Positions 19,701-27,764 of a stretch of 64,000 nt of DNA are shown in pieces. Made by a program: the position numbers and the translations under genes. This DNA is from Carpediemonas membranifera BICM (taxonomy: Eukaryota > Protista > Fornicata), in contig JAHDYR010000005.1 of assembly GCA_019828565.1 (NCBI GenBank), positions 843,342 to 907,341 of the forward strand, read 5' to 3'. The notes beneath the pieces were generated by a model. The model was not told the DNA's origin, did not search any database, and worked only from the letters and a program-made list of their open reading frames with translations. Every line of letters starts with the position of its first letter. Position 1 is the first letter of the stretch.

Positions 19701-22284
19701 GCAGGCCGCGGCCTGTGTGGTAGGCGTCATCGAGGGTCATGGTCGGGGGATACACCGCAGGGAGGGTGCCCGCCCGCCGCATGCGGACAGCGAGGGGCGC
19801 GACGTTGCGGCAGACGGCGTCGAGCTCTCTAGCGGGCACGATGAACTCGGGCCGGTGCCGGGCGATGACGTCCCTCGCATCATCGACACCCACGGTCATT
19901 GTGACGGCGTGGGGCTTCTCCGGGGTGGTCGTGACGGCGACCATGCCGTCCTCGACCCGCTCGACCTTGGGACTGATCGCGATGACACAGAGATGGTCAC
20001 CGTTGCAGTTACCGGTGAGGATGGCGCGGGATGCCGAGGCGACGACACCGGCAGCGTCCTTATGCACTCGCCGGACCCACACAAAGCCCGACGGCATCGT
20101 GAAGCACCACGTGCGGCCGTGGAAGTCCACCTGTGTGATATCGCCGCGGCCCTTATCCACTGTGGGGGCCAGGGCATCGGGGCGGGTGTCGACGGAGACC
20201 GAGCCCCCAGGACCGACCAGAGGGGAGAGGCCGGCCATCAGGCACAGGCGGACAAGGTCGTCACGGAAGCGGGTGGATGATGTCTGGATGCGGTTGGCCC
20301 CACCGCTGGCGAGCACAAGGCCTGCGATGAGGCAGCGGAGGTGTGCCGCTCGGAGCTGCCACGCCCACGAGGGCACGGCGGCCGGCTGCTCGTGGACGAA
20401 GAAGGCGTCCCACTGGCCGTGGCGGACGGAGACCAGCGAGCCCTCGATGCGGCATTCTGCCAGTCCAAGTTGGGCCGCACAGCCCCGCACGGGGCCCCGG
20501 GCCGCGTCATGTGCGGTGAATGTAACACAGAGCTGGCTGGTCCCGTCGGGCTGAGCGGTGTGCTCCACCGAGCCGCCGTGGAGCCACATGCCGAAAAGCA
20601 CAAGGAAGGCGTTGACCTCGTCCTCCGTGCCGAGACCCAGCATGCTCTTGAGTCTGCTAATGACAGCGTGTGCAGCCTCTGGGTCGACTCGCGCCCCAGC
20701 TGAGGCATTCGCCTTCTGGCGGATGCAGTGATAAGTGTCATCATCAACGATGGTCGAGGCGGATACCTTTGTGAAGCCCTCATCTGCCTGTTCACCACCA
20801 TGTTGGACGAAGAGCGTGTGGTCCCGGGTGCACGCGAGGTCCACACCCGTGTCCCCCGCAGTCATCGCGACCAGCTGGACGTGGGCCTCGGGGTTCTCGA
20901 CGAGGGCACGGGGGGTCTCGAACACGAGCTCCCGCGTCTCCTGGTCGTATCCAGCAACGAGTACCGCCTCCCCGCTGCCTACAAGGCCCTTGTACGCGTC
21001 CAGATCGACGAACCCGCGGTCGGTCAGGATCTCGTGGTCCTCGGGCACACATGCCCAGTGGCCGTCCCCGTTGAGCTCCTTGATGCTGAACATGTCCATC
21101 CGACCCGTGGCCACACCGGTCACCGTCCTCGCAGTGCCGTCGTCGCCCATGACGGACTCCCCGTTGACGACGTCCTGGACCATCCGCACGGACCCGTCGG
21201 CCATGGTCACGGGGGTGTTGAGCCCCAGACACTTGCCTGAGCTGGTGTGGGCAGAGACTAGCACGTTCTCGCCCTGCTCCAGGCGCAGCACGGCTCTCTT
21301 CTGGAAGGCGTCAAGTTCAAAGGGGTATGTGATCGCAGGGTCAGGGACGCGGACGTCGTAGTCATCCAGGGGTGTGTTGTCTGCGACGACGAACTGTGAC
21401 ACGGGCCGGGTGATGCGGGGGATGACGAGCTTCTCCTCGAATACCCCCTCCAGTTCCGTCACCGGGCGGTCCTCGGCACCGAACAGGGCCTCAGCGACCT
21501 GTTCGTCGGTGGGATCTGGGCCATCGCTCTCAAACTCGGATCCCCAGTCCAGTGTGGCTGGATCAAAGAGCTGCACGTCGTCGAGGCCGTCATTGAGATC
21601 GAGGCCATACTTCGGCAGCTTACCGGCCATGAGCTGGTCAAAGGCGGCGGATTCTGTCTTGGCAGGGACATTCGCGTCATGCTGGACATCAGAGTCCGGG
21701 CAGCTGATCTGCTTGTTAAGGAGGAAGCCCTTCTTGAACACTCGGTACGGCATGGTTTGGTCTGCGCCATCGCGCCGCATAATGCCATCAGGATTGGTAT
21801 TAGTATGCTCCGGATCAGGGTTGTACCGCAAATTGTCGGCGCCCAAGAAGTCCACGACGGACAGGCTCTCGAGCACGTCTTTGGCGGTTGGAACGGGTGC
21901 ATCCGGGATCTCTGTCTCGGTACCACGGAACATGGGATCGTCAAGCAGCGTTTCGAGATTCAACTCCCTCTTCAGAACCCAGTCAATGAGTTCCATCAGC
22001 TTGCTCGTCGTAACAAATGAACGCATCAAACAGCAGATGATCGTTGATAGCATGCGACTGTGTGTGCATGATGTGCTGCACTGCTGTACGATCATCACCA
22101 CTATTGAGTCTGAGGTTGGCAACGTCTCCGCGCACTGAACGCCAGTATCTTCCTCATGCAGCAAAGCTCTATTCCCAGAAAAAACTTTATTCCCGCCTAT
22201 CCGCGGAAGCAGAGCAGACAATGAAAACGCCCTATCCGTCGAGCTTGTAGTGCTGCTCGACATACTCAGCCGCCGTCCGGACAC
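16714..22284 (-). CDS. SKI2: Ski2-like DExH RNA helicase precursor containing two nested inteins (true start probably downstream, e.g. ATG 21996)
   Basis: YPFELDAFQK, AHTSSGK|TVVAEYAI after removing the insert, YTAPIKSLSNQK, VIFDECHY, LLSAT, ATETFAMGVNMPA, QMAGRAGRRG and a DSHCT-like end (AASSLYI). ORF minus the 638-aa insert is 1218 aa, a normal Ski2 size. Confidence 0.95.
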   Translation of the reverse strand: MSGRRLSMSSSTTSSTDRAFSLSALLPRIGGNKVFSGNRALLHEEDTGVQCAETLPTSDSIVVMIVQQCSTSCTHSRMLSTIICCLMRSFVTTSKLMELIDWVLKRELNLETLLDDPMFRGTETEIPDAPVPTAKDVLESLSVVDFLGADNLRYNPDPEHTNTNPDGIMRRDGADQTMPYRVFKKGFLLNKQISCPDSDVQHDANVPAKTESAAFDQLMAGKLPKYGLDLNDGLDDVQLFDPATLDWGSEFESDGPDPTDEQVAEALFGAEDRPVTELEGVFEEKLVIPRITRPVSQFVVADNTPLDDYDVRVPDPAITYPFELDAFQKRAVLRLEQGENVLVSAHTSSGKCLGLNTPVTMADGSVRMVQDVVNGESVMGDDGTARTVTGVATGRMDMFSIKELNGDGHWACVPEDHEILTDRGFVDLDAYKGLVGSGEAVLVAGYDQETRELVFETPRALVENPEAHVQLVAMTAGDTGVDLACTRDHTLFVQHGGEQADEGFTKVSASTIVDDDTYHCIRQKANASAGARVDPEAAHAVISRLKSMLGLGTEDEVNAFLVLFGMWLHGGSVEHTAQPDGTSQLCVTFTAHDAARGPVRGCAAQLGLAECRIEGSLVSVRHGQWDAFFVHEQPAAVPSWAWQLRAAHLRCLIAGLVLASGGANRIQTSSTRFRDDLVRLCLMAGLSPLVGPGGSVSVDTRPDALAPTVDKGRGDITQVDFHGRTWCFTMPSGFVWVRRVHKDAAGVVASASRAILTGNCNGDHLCVIAISPKVERVEDGMVAVTTTPEKPHAVTMTVGVDDARDVIARHRPEFIVPARELDAVCRNVAPLAVRMRRAGTLPAVYPPTMTLDDAYHTGRGLPHATQLSVSDAWQSPQHRSAMVAGAVDAAGSLTVAVADPAVLDTFTRICRSLCISVRMRSGAVALRAGSAVIVPFLRTEALSDQAANSDPARATYAFTVTPTGFGDYFGFELSGNRRFLLGDLTVTHNTVVAEYAIALALRHRGKAIYTAPIKSLSNQKFREFKKTFKDVGILTGDTTFKPDASLTVMTTEVLRSLLYKGSTLIKDVEWVIFDECHYLNDAARGVVWEELIVLLPPTVRLVLLSATVPNAMEFGEWVGRTRDRPVYLVNTIKRQVPLEYSLYCGEIFTVVGGNGKFDTAVYSKANAAFKQREKLLASGAPVNDMVRWTGLMEKLRDQHYLPAIVFSFSRRKCEQIAADLRSIRFTTVTESDHIQARIGQLLAGVHGRDRAIPQAANLEDLLCRGIGIHHAGMLPFLKEAVEMLFSEGLIKVLLATETFAMGVNMPARTVVFNSIIKHDGSGARDLHPAEFIQMAGRAGRRGLDAVGHVFITLEARDRDIGMARLQHLLSGAPQRLESQFRLPYSSILNLLRAQGWAVRDILKRSFGEFRTMRDRGTLEKERDELEAELAVIEAAPACPVCGRGDDSAMSQFAQAREAAEVILADSIGPRLAELEGVNRGAVIVVADTDDTRCVALVLAKPDSLGDDVPCVTIRPPDDAGQTLTGFANLFMPQVDSRNLAECKAAVRMVPAPAVRGLTNKRVPTNEVPPYEISRATTTAARTALAPLLDDLTVVPLTSHKIRDLDWGLAVSELETIERELQASPTFGCPDFTACYTRHRDRLTDAARLGELRAVLSDDNLQTLPALESRLAVLRDLGYVDSRHAVTPKGRAACEFGSISPVVAVELMTAGVFDRLAPPEIAATLSALLYDRFNEFRPDSVSHSVRDAVDIVTTVAGQVSQLETKHATPTDSADSVNAGLVHVAYRWAMGATLNEALSETDEDAGAVVKHLCRLADSCKEAKNAAHVLGNVQLARAFEMAGRLVRVGVVAASSLYIS
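19318..21231 (-). mobile_element. Outer intein in the Ski2 Walker A motif (ORF aa 352-989; 290 aa once the inner intein is removed)
   Basis: Block A CLGLNTPVTMADGS...VMGDDGTARTV; block B reconstituted as HWA-CNGDHLCVI; blocks F/G GDYFGFELSGNRRFLLGDLTVTHN followed by Thr+1; LAGLIDADG relic AMVAGAVDAAGS. Confidence 0.95.
20008..21051 (-). mobile_element. Inner intein nested within block B of the outer intein (ORF aa 412-759, 348 aa)
   Basis: Block A CVPEDHEILTDRGF; block B DLACTRDHTLFV (TxxH, His at intein position 78); LAGLIDADG relics FLVLFGMWLHGGS and LIAGLVLASGG; blocks F/G GRTWCFTMPSGFVWVRR...ILTGN followed by Cys+1. Confidence 0.92.
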
Positions 22285-22600
22285 AGTCGTGGCAGCTCAT
22301 CTTGTTCACCTCGCGCAGCTCATCACAGATGATGGAGCTGCCACCCCGGGTGAAGATACCTGTCAGGCCAGAGACTGCCTTCTCGCCTTTGAGAAGCTCG
22401 CAGGCGGCGTAGTATGCCCCGCACTTTCCAGACTCGTGGCCGCCGTGCCCGTATGCCTTGTACTCAGTCATGGAAGCTTCAAAAGTAGCCGAATCTATGT
22501 CCGTGAGGTGTGCACAAGCATTCAGAACAGTCTGAGCGCAGTTCAGCTTCAAAGGTTTCTTGCGGAAGTGTTGAAGGGCGATTTCTGCAGCAGATGGCAT
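22232..22600 (-). CDS. C_GCAxxG_C_C family putative redox-active protein (diverged paralog)
   Basis: LNCAQTVL...GHGGHESGKCGAYYAA...IICDEL...SCHDCVRTAAEYV Cys pattern. Confidence 0.8.
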   Translation of the reverse strand: MPSAAEIALQHFRKKPLKLNCAQTVLNACAHLTDIDSATFEASMTEYKAYGHGGHESGKCGAYYAACELLKGEKAVSGLTGIFTRGGSSIICDELREVNKMSCHDCVRTAAEYVEQHYKLDG

Positions 22601-23015
22601 ACTTCGTGACTATTTGTGTTCTGCTGTTCAACTGCCCCGCATCGTGATCCGCATCACTGCCACATCTCGGTCGTTGCCGCAGGTTTTGCCGGAATTGGCC
22701 ACGACCGTCTGCGCTCGCAGGGGACACGACGGGCCCGCTCGCCGGCTGTTGCAACCTGCCAAGCCGTGATAACTCTGTGGGGGCCGTGATCCGACTGATT
22801 CTGACGTCATCATCGATCTGACGCGACCGCAAGCGCGAACCTGCCAGGCATGTCTCCCTCGCCTGCCGACCGCCGCTGACATGGCCGTCATGGCGTACTG
22901 ACACTTGCTGGTTGACACGAGTCATGATCTCCTGGCAGCATGTCATGGCCAGTGATGACTCATGAGCAATAAAGACACTCTTGTTGCTGTACACAACATG
23001 CATTTACTGAAGCAT

Positions 23016-24146
23016 TTAGAAGCACTTCTTGTGGATGATGGCAGCGCCAGACTCCTCGTACTCCTCCTTGGACACCCACATGGACTGGAAGGTGCTGAGG
23101 GAAGAAACGATAGAGCCACCCATCCAGACGGAGTACTTGCGCTCGGCGGGGGCGACGATCTTGATCTTCATGGCAGAGGGAGCGAGGGCAGAAACCTCCT
23201 TCTCCATACGGTCGGCGATGCCGGGAAACATGGTGGTGCCACCGGAAAGGACGATGTTGCCGTAGAGATCGCGACGGATATCGACGTCGCACTTCATGAT
23301 CGAGTTGTAGGTAGTCTCGTGGATACCGACAGCCTCAAGGCCGATCATGGAAGGCTGGAAGAGAGCCTCAGGGCAGCGGAAACGCTCGGAGCCGACCTCA
23401 ATGAAGGCACCATCGGGAAGCTGGTAGGTCTTGTTGATGGAAGCAGACTCAGCAGCAGTCTCGAGCTCCTGGTTGTAGTCAAGAGCGACGTAGGTGAGCT
23501 TCTCCTTGATGTCACGGACGATTTCGCGCTCAGCGGAGGTGGTGAAGGTGTGGCCACGCTCAGCGAGGAGGGTAACGAGGTGCTCAGTAAGATCACGGCC
23601 AGCCATGTCGAGACGAAGGATGGCGTGGGGCATGCTGTAACCCTCATAGATGGGGACGCAGTGAGAGACACCATCGCCGGAATCGAGAACGATACCAGTG
23701 GTACGGCCAGAGGCGTACAGGGAAAGGACGGCCTGGATCTGGACGTAGATGGCGGGGGCATTGAAGGTCTCGAACATGATCTCGGTCATCTTCTCGCGGT
23801 TAGCCTTGGGGTTGAGGGGAGCCTCGGTAAGGAGGATGGGGTGCTCCTCGGGAAGAACACGGAGCTCGTTGTAGAAGGTGTGGTGCCAAATCTTCTCCAT
23901 GTCATCCCAGTTGGTGACGATACCGTGCTCGATGGGGTAGCGGAGCTGAAGGATACCACGCTTGGACTGAGCCTCATCACCGACATAGAAGTCCTTGCCA
24001 CCCATGCCAACCATGATGCCCTTGTGTTTGGGCCTGCCAACGAGGCTGGGGAAGACGCAACGGGGGGCATCATCGCCGGCCATACCAGCCTTGCACATGC
24101 CAGAGCCATTGTCAACAACCAATGCGACGCTTTCCTCTTCAGCCAT
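23016..24146 (-). CDS. ACT: Actin (376 aa, intact copy)
   Basis: [21 protein letters not shown]...[20 protein letters not shown]...[15 protein letters not shown]. Confidence 0.99.
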   Translation of the reverse strand: MAEEESVALVVDNGSGMCKAGMAGDDAPRCVFPSLVGRPKHKGIMVGMGGKDFYVGDEAQSKRGILQLRYPIEHGIVTNWDDMEKIWHHTFYNELRVLPEEHPILLTEAPLNPKANREKMTEIMFETFNAPAIYVQIQAVLSLYASGRTTGIVLDSGDGVSHCVPIYEGYSMPHAILRLDMAGRDLTEHLVTLLAERGHTFTTSAEREIVRDIKEKLTYVALDYNQELETAAESASINKTYQLPDGAFIEVGSERFRCPEALFQPSMIGLEAVGIHETTYNSIMKCDVDIRRDLYGNIVLSGGTTMFPGIADRMEKEVSALAPSAMKIKIVAPAERKYSVWMGGSIVSSLSTFQSMWVSKEEYEESGAAIIHKKCF

Positions 24147-24498
24147 TATCTCTATGAGTTTCTTGTGTTTGCTGACAGGCTGGGTTTTCTTCACAGTGAC
24201 AAAAGTGGTCGAAACTATGTCGGGCGAAAATTCTACGGTGTAAGGCATTCAAGGTCCGCTTCTGGTCCCGCTTCCGCCCGTCTGGGGCGTGAAATCTTTG
24301 CGCTTTTCCCGGAGGCCGCTACAGTCCTGCTTTGACAGGCGCAAAATACAGATTCAGAATATCTGTGACCATCGCCAGTTCGAAATCGCCCTCAAAATTC
24401 CCGATGGCCTTGACAACCATGTGCCGGTGCCAGCACGCACTGGTTCCGCCGGTCGGCGCCGACCGTCGAGACGGCAGTCCTGGAAGCCTTTCAGGAGT

Positions 24499-24589
24499 GC
24501 GTGGAGTTCGCGGCGTTCCCGCTGCGCATGCGGTGCTCGGGAAGCCCCGTGCGTGCGGTCGCGCGGCGCGTGCCGGGGGGAGCAGAGTG
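24499..24589 (+). pseudogene. 3' fragment of the cyclase-family gene (VEFAAFPLRMRCSGSPVRAVARRVPGGAE*); also at about 26827-26917 and 47578-47668
   Basis: Matches the end of the gene at 44671-45345 but is fused to actin upstream DNA. Confidence 0.85.
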
Positions 24590-24623
24590 AAGCGGGTGTT
24601 TATAAAATGGATCGCGGGTGCGC

Positions 24624-24938
24624 TCAGGCGGTCTTGGCCTTCTCGACGAGCTGACGGATGGCGCCCTCGTTCGCGCCGACGACCTCGCCGATGACCTGGC
24701 CGTTCTTGAACGACTTGAACGTGGGCATCGCGCGAATGCCTGCGATGCGGGCGGCGCCCGTGTTGGCGTCGACGTCGACTTTCACGCATGTGACGTCGGG
24801 GTTCTCCTCGGAGATCTTGACGAAGCGCGGGCCGATCATCTTGCACGGCGGGCACCACTGGGCGAAGAAGTCGACGACGACGGCCTTGTCGCCGCTGATA
24901 AGCTGCTGGAATTCCTCCACGGACTCGATAACCTTCAT
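24624..24938 (-). CDS. TRX: Thioredoxin (WCPPC), copy 1
   Basis: VVDFFAQWCPPCKMIGP...KVDVD...IRAMPTF, 104 aa. Confidence 0.97.
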   Translation of the reverse strand: MKVIESVEEFQQLISGDKAVVVDFFAQWCPPCKMIGPRFVKISEENPDVTCVKVDVDANTGAARIAGIRAMPTFKSFKNGQVIGEVVGANEGAIRQLVEKAKTA

Positions 24939-25342
24939 GTTTGTGTTCTGCTGTTCAACTGCCCCGCATCGTGATCCGCATCACTGCCACATCTCGGTCG
25001 TTGCCGCAGGTTTTGCCGGAATTGGCCACGACCGTCTGCGCTCGCAGGGGACACGACGGGCCCGCTCGCCGGCTGTTGCAACCTGCCAAGCCGTGATAAC
25101 TCTGTGGGGGCCGTGATCCGACTGATTCTGACGTCATCATCGATCTGACGCGACCGCAAGCGCGAACCTGCCAGGCATGTCTCCCTCGCCTGCCGACCGC
25201 CGCTGACATGGCCGTCATGGCGTACTGACACTTGCTGGTTGACACGAGTCATGATCTCCTGGCAGCATGTCATGGCCAGTGATGACTCATGAGCAATAAA
25301 GACACTCTTGTTGCTGTACACAACATGCATTTACTGAAGCAT

Positions 25343-26474
25343 TTAGAAGCACTTCTTGTGGATGATGGCAGCGCCAGACTCCTCGTACTCCTCCTTGGAC
25401 ACCCACATGGACTGGAAGGTGCTGAGGGAAGAAACGATAGAGCCACCCATCCAGACGGAGTACTTGCGCTCGGCGGGGGCGACGATCTTGATCTTCATGG
25501 CAGAGGGAGCGAGGGCAGAAACCTCCTTCTCCATACGGTCGGCGATGCCGGGGAACATGGTGGTGCCACCGGAAAGGACGATGTTGCCGTAGAGATCGCG
25601 ACGGATATCGACGTCGCACTTCATGATCGAGTTGTAGGTAGTCTCGTGGATACCGACAGCCTCAAGGCCGATCATGGAAGGCTGGAAGAGAGCCTCAGGG
25701 CAGCGGAAACGCTCGGAGCCGACCTCAATGAAGGCACCATCGGGAAGCTGGTAGGTCTTGTTGATGGAAGCAGACTCAGCAGCAGTCTCGAGCTCCTGGT
25801 TGTAGTCAAGAGCGACGTAGGTGAGCTTCTCCTTGATGTCACGGACGATTTCGCGCTCAGCGGAGGTGGTGAAGGTGTGGCCACGCTCAGCGAGGAGGGT
25901 AACGAGGTGCTCAGTAAGATCACGGCCAGCCATGTCGAGACGAAGGATGGCGTGGGGCATGCTGTAACCCCTCATAGATGGGGACGCAGTGAGAGACACC
26001 ATCGCCGGAATCGAGAACGATACCAGTGGTACGGCCAGAGGCGTACAGGGAAAGGACGGCCTGGATCTGGACGTAGATGGCGGGGGCATTGAAGGTCTCG
26101 AACATGATCTCGGTCATCTTCTCGCGGTTAGCCTTGGGGTTGAGGGGAGCCTCGGTAAGGAGGATGGGGTGCTCCTCGGGAAGAACACGGAGCTCGTTGT
26201 AGAAGGTGTGGTGCCAAATCTTCTCCATGTCATCCCAGTTGGTGACGATACCGTGCTCGATGGGGTAGCGGAGCTGAAGGATACCACGCTTGGACTGAGC
26301 CTCATCACCGACATAGAAGTCCTTGCCACCCATGCCAACCATGATGCCCTTGTGTTTGGGCCTGCCAACGAGGCTGGGGAAGACGCAACGGGGGGCATCA
26401 TCGCCGGCCATACCAGCCTTGCACATGCCAGAGCCATTGTCAACAACCAATGCGACGCTTTCCTCTTCAGCCAT
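25343..26474 (-). CDS. ACT: Actin copy 2, with a +1 frameshift in a C run near 25970 (pseudogene or sequencing error)
   Basis: Nearly identical to copy 1, but reads taacccctcat instead of taaccctcat. Confidence 0.85.
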
Positions 26475-26951
26475 TATCTCTATGAGTTTCTTGTGTTTGC
26501 TGACAGGCTGGGTTTTCTTCACAGTGACAAAAGTGGTCGAAACTATGTCGGGCGAAAATTCTACGGTGTAAGGCATTCAAGGTCCGCTTCTGGTCCCGCT
26601 TCCGCCCGTCTGGGGCGTGAAATCTTTGCGCTTTTCCCGGAGGCCGCTACAGTCCTGCTTTGACAGGCGCAAAATACAGATTCAGAATATCTGTGACCAT
26701 CGCCAGTTCGAAATCGCCCTCAAAATTCCCGATGGCCTTGACAACCATGTGCCGGTGCCAGCACGCACTGGTTCCGCCGGTCGGCGCCGACCGTCGAGAC
26801 GGCAGTCCTGGAAGCCTTTCAGGAGTGCGTGGAGTTCGCGGCGTTCCCGCTGCGCATGCGGTGCTCGGGAAGCCCCGTGCGTGCGGTCGCGCGGCGCGTG
26901 CCGGGGGGAGCAGAGTGAAGCGGGCGTTTATAAAATGGATCGCGGGTGCGC

Positions 26952-27266
26952 TCAGGCGGTCTTGGCCTTCTCGACGAGCTGACGGATGGCGCCCTCGTTC
27001 GCGCCGACGACCTCGCCGATGACCTGGCCGTTCTTGAACGACTTGAACGTGGGCATCGCGCGAATGCCTGCGATGCGGGCGGCGCCCGTGTTGGCGTCGA
27101 CGTCGACTTTCACGCATGTGACGTCGGGGTTCTCCTCGGAGATCTTGACGAAGCGCGGGCCGATCATCTTGCACGGCGGGCACCACTGGGCGAAGAAGTC
27201 GACGACGACGGCCTTGTCGCCGCTGATAAGCTGCTGGAATTCCTCCACGGACTCGATAACCTTCAT
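26952..27266 (-). CDS. TRX: Thioredoxin copy 2
   Basis: Identical 104-aa protein. Confidence 0.97.
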   Translation of the reverse strand: MKVIESVEEFQQLISGDKAVVVDFFAQWCPPCKMIGPRFVKISEENPDVTCVKVDVDANTGAARIAGIRAMPTFKSFKNGQVIGEVVGANEGAIRQLVEKAKTA

Positions 27267-27764
27267 GTTTGTGTTCTGCTGTTCAACTGCCCCGCATCGT
27301 GATCCGCATCACTGCCACATCTCGGTCGTTGCCGCAGGTTTTGCCGGAATTGGCCACGACCGTCTGCGCTCGCAGGGGACACGACGGGCCCGCTCGCCGG
27401 CTGTTGCAACCTGCCAAGCCGTGATAACTCTGTGGGGGCCGTGATCCGACTGATTCTGACGTCATCATCGATCTGACGCGACCGCAAGCGCGAACCTGCC
27501 AGGCATGTCTCCCTCGCCTGCCGACCGCCGCTGACATGGCCGTCATGGCGTACTGACGCTTGGCCTCGAGATCATCATCGCCAAGTCACTCGGCTTGACA
27601 GTCGACATTCATGACCCATCCGACTGGACCGGCAGTCGCTGTTCAGTCATCACGCAGAGGCCTGATGCACCTCGAAGCCGACGCCGCAGTTACCGGGACC
27701 CCCGCCATGGACGGCCTGAGTCAGCCACTGAACCAGATGAAGGATCTTCGCATCTGTCATTTAC

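Larger units (their letters stand above)
22613..27557. repeat. Tandem repeat, unit about 2327 bp (290-bp element, actin, cyclase 3' fragment, thioredoxin), about 2.1 copies
   Basis: 22613-24939 is nearly identical to 24940-27267, and the unit restarts at 27268 and runs to 27557. Confidence 0.95.

Noticed and set aside
19318-21231. Alternative readings of the insert as a Hedgehog-type Hint domain, an RNA intron, or two inteins in tandem
   Set aside because: The insert is in frame, has C-terminal Asn plus +1 nucleophiles, and precisely splits a Walker A motif. The motif order A1-A2-B2-G2-B1-G1 fits nesting, not a tandem arrangement.
21997-22284. First 96 codons of the 1856-aa Ski2 ORF
   Set aside because: They overlap the upstream C_GCAxxG_C_C gene and look non-coding. 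The real start is probably a downstream ATG such as 21996.
22962-24335. Long + strand ORFs opposite actin, and similar antisense ORFs opposite Sqt1, the cyclase, SDR, eIF2A and XMAP215
   Set aside because: These are shadow ORFs caused by strong GC3 codon bias on the coding strand. They have no recognisable motifs.
24624-24938. WCPPC instead of WCGPC in thioredoxin
   Set aside because: This is a known natural active-site variant and not novel by itself.
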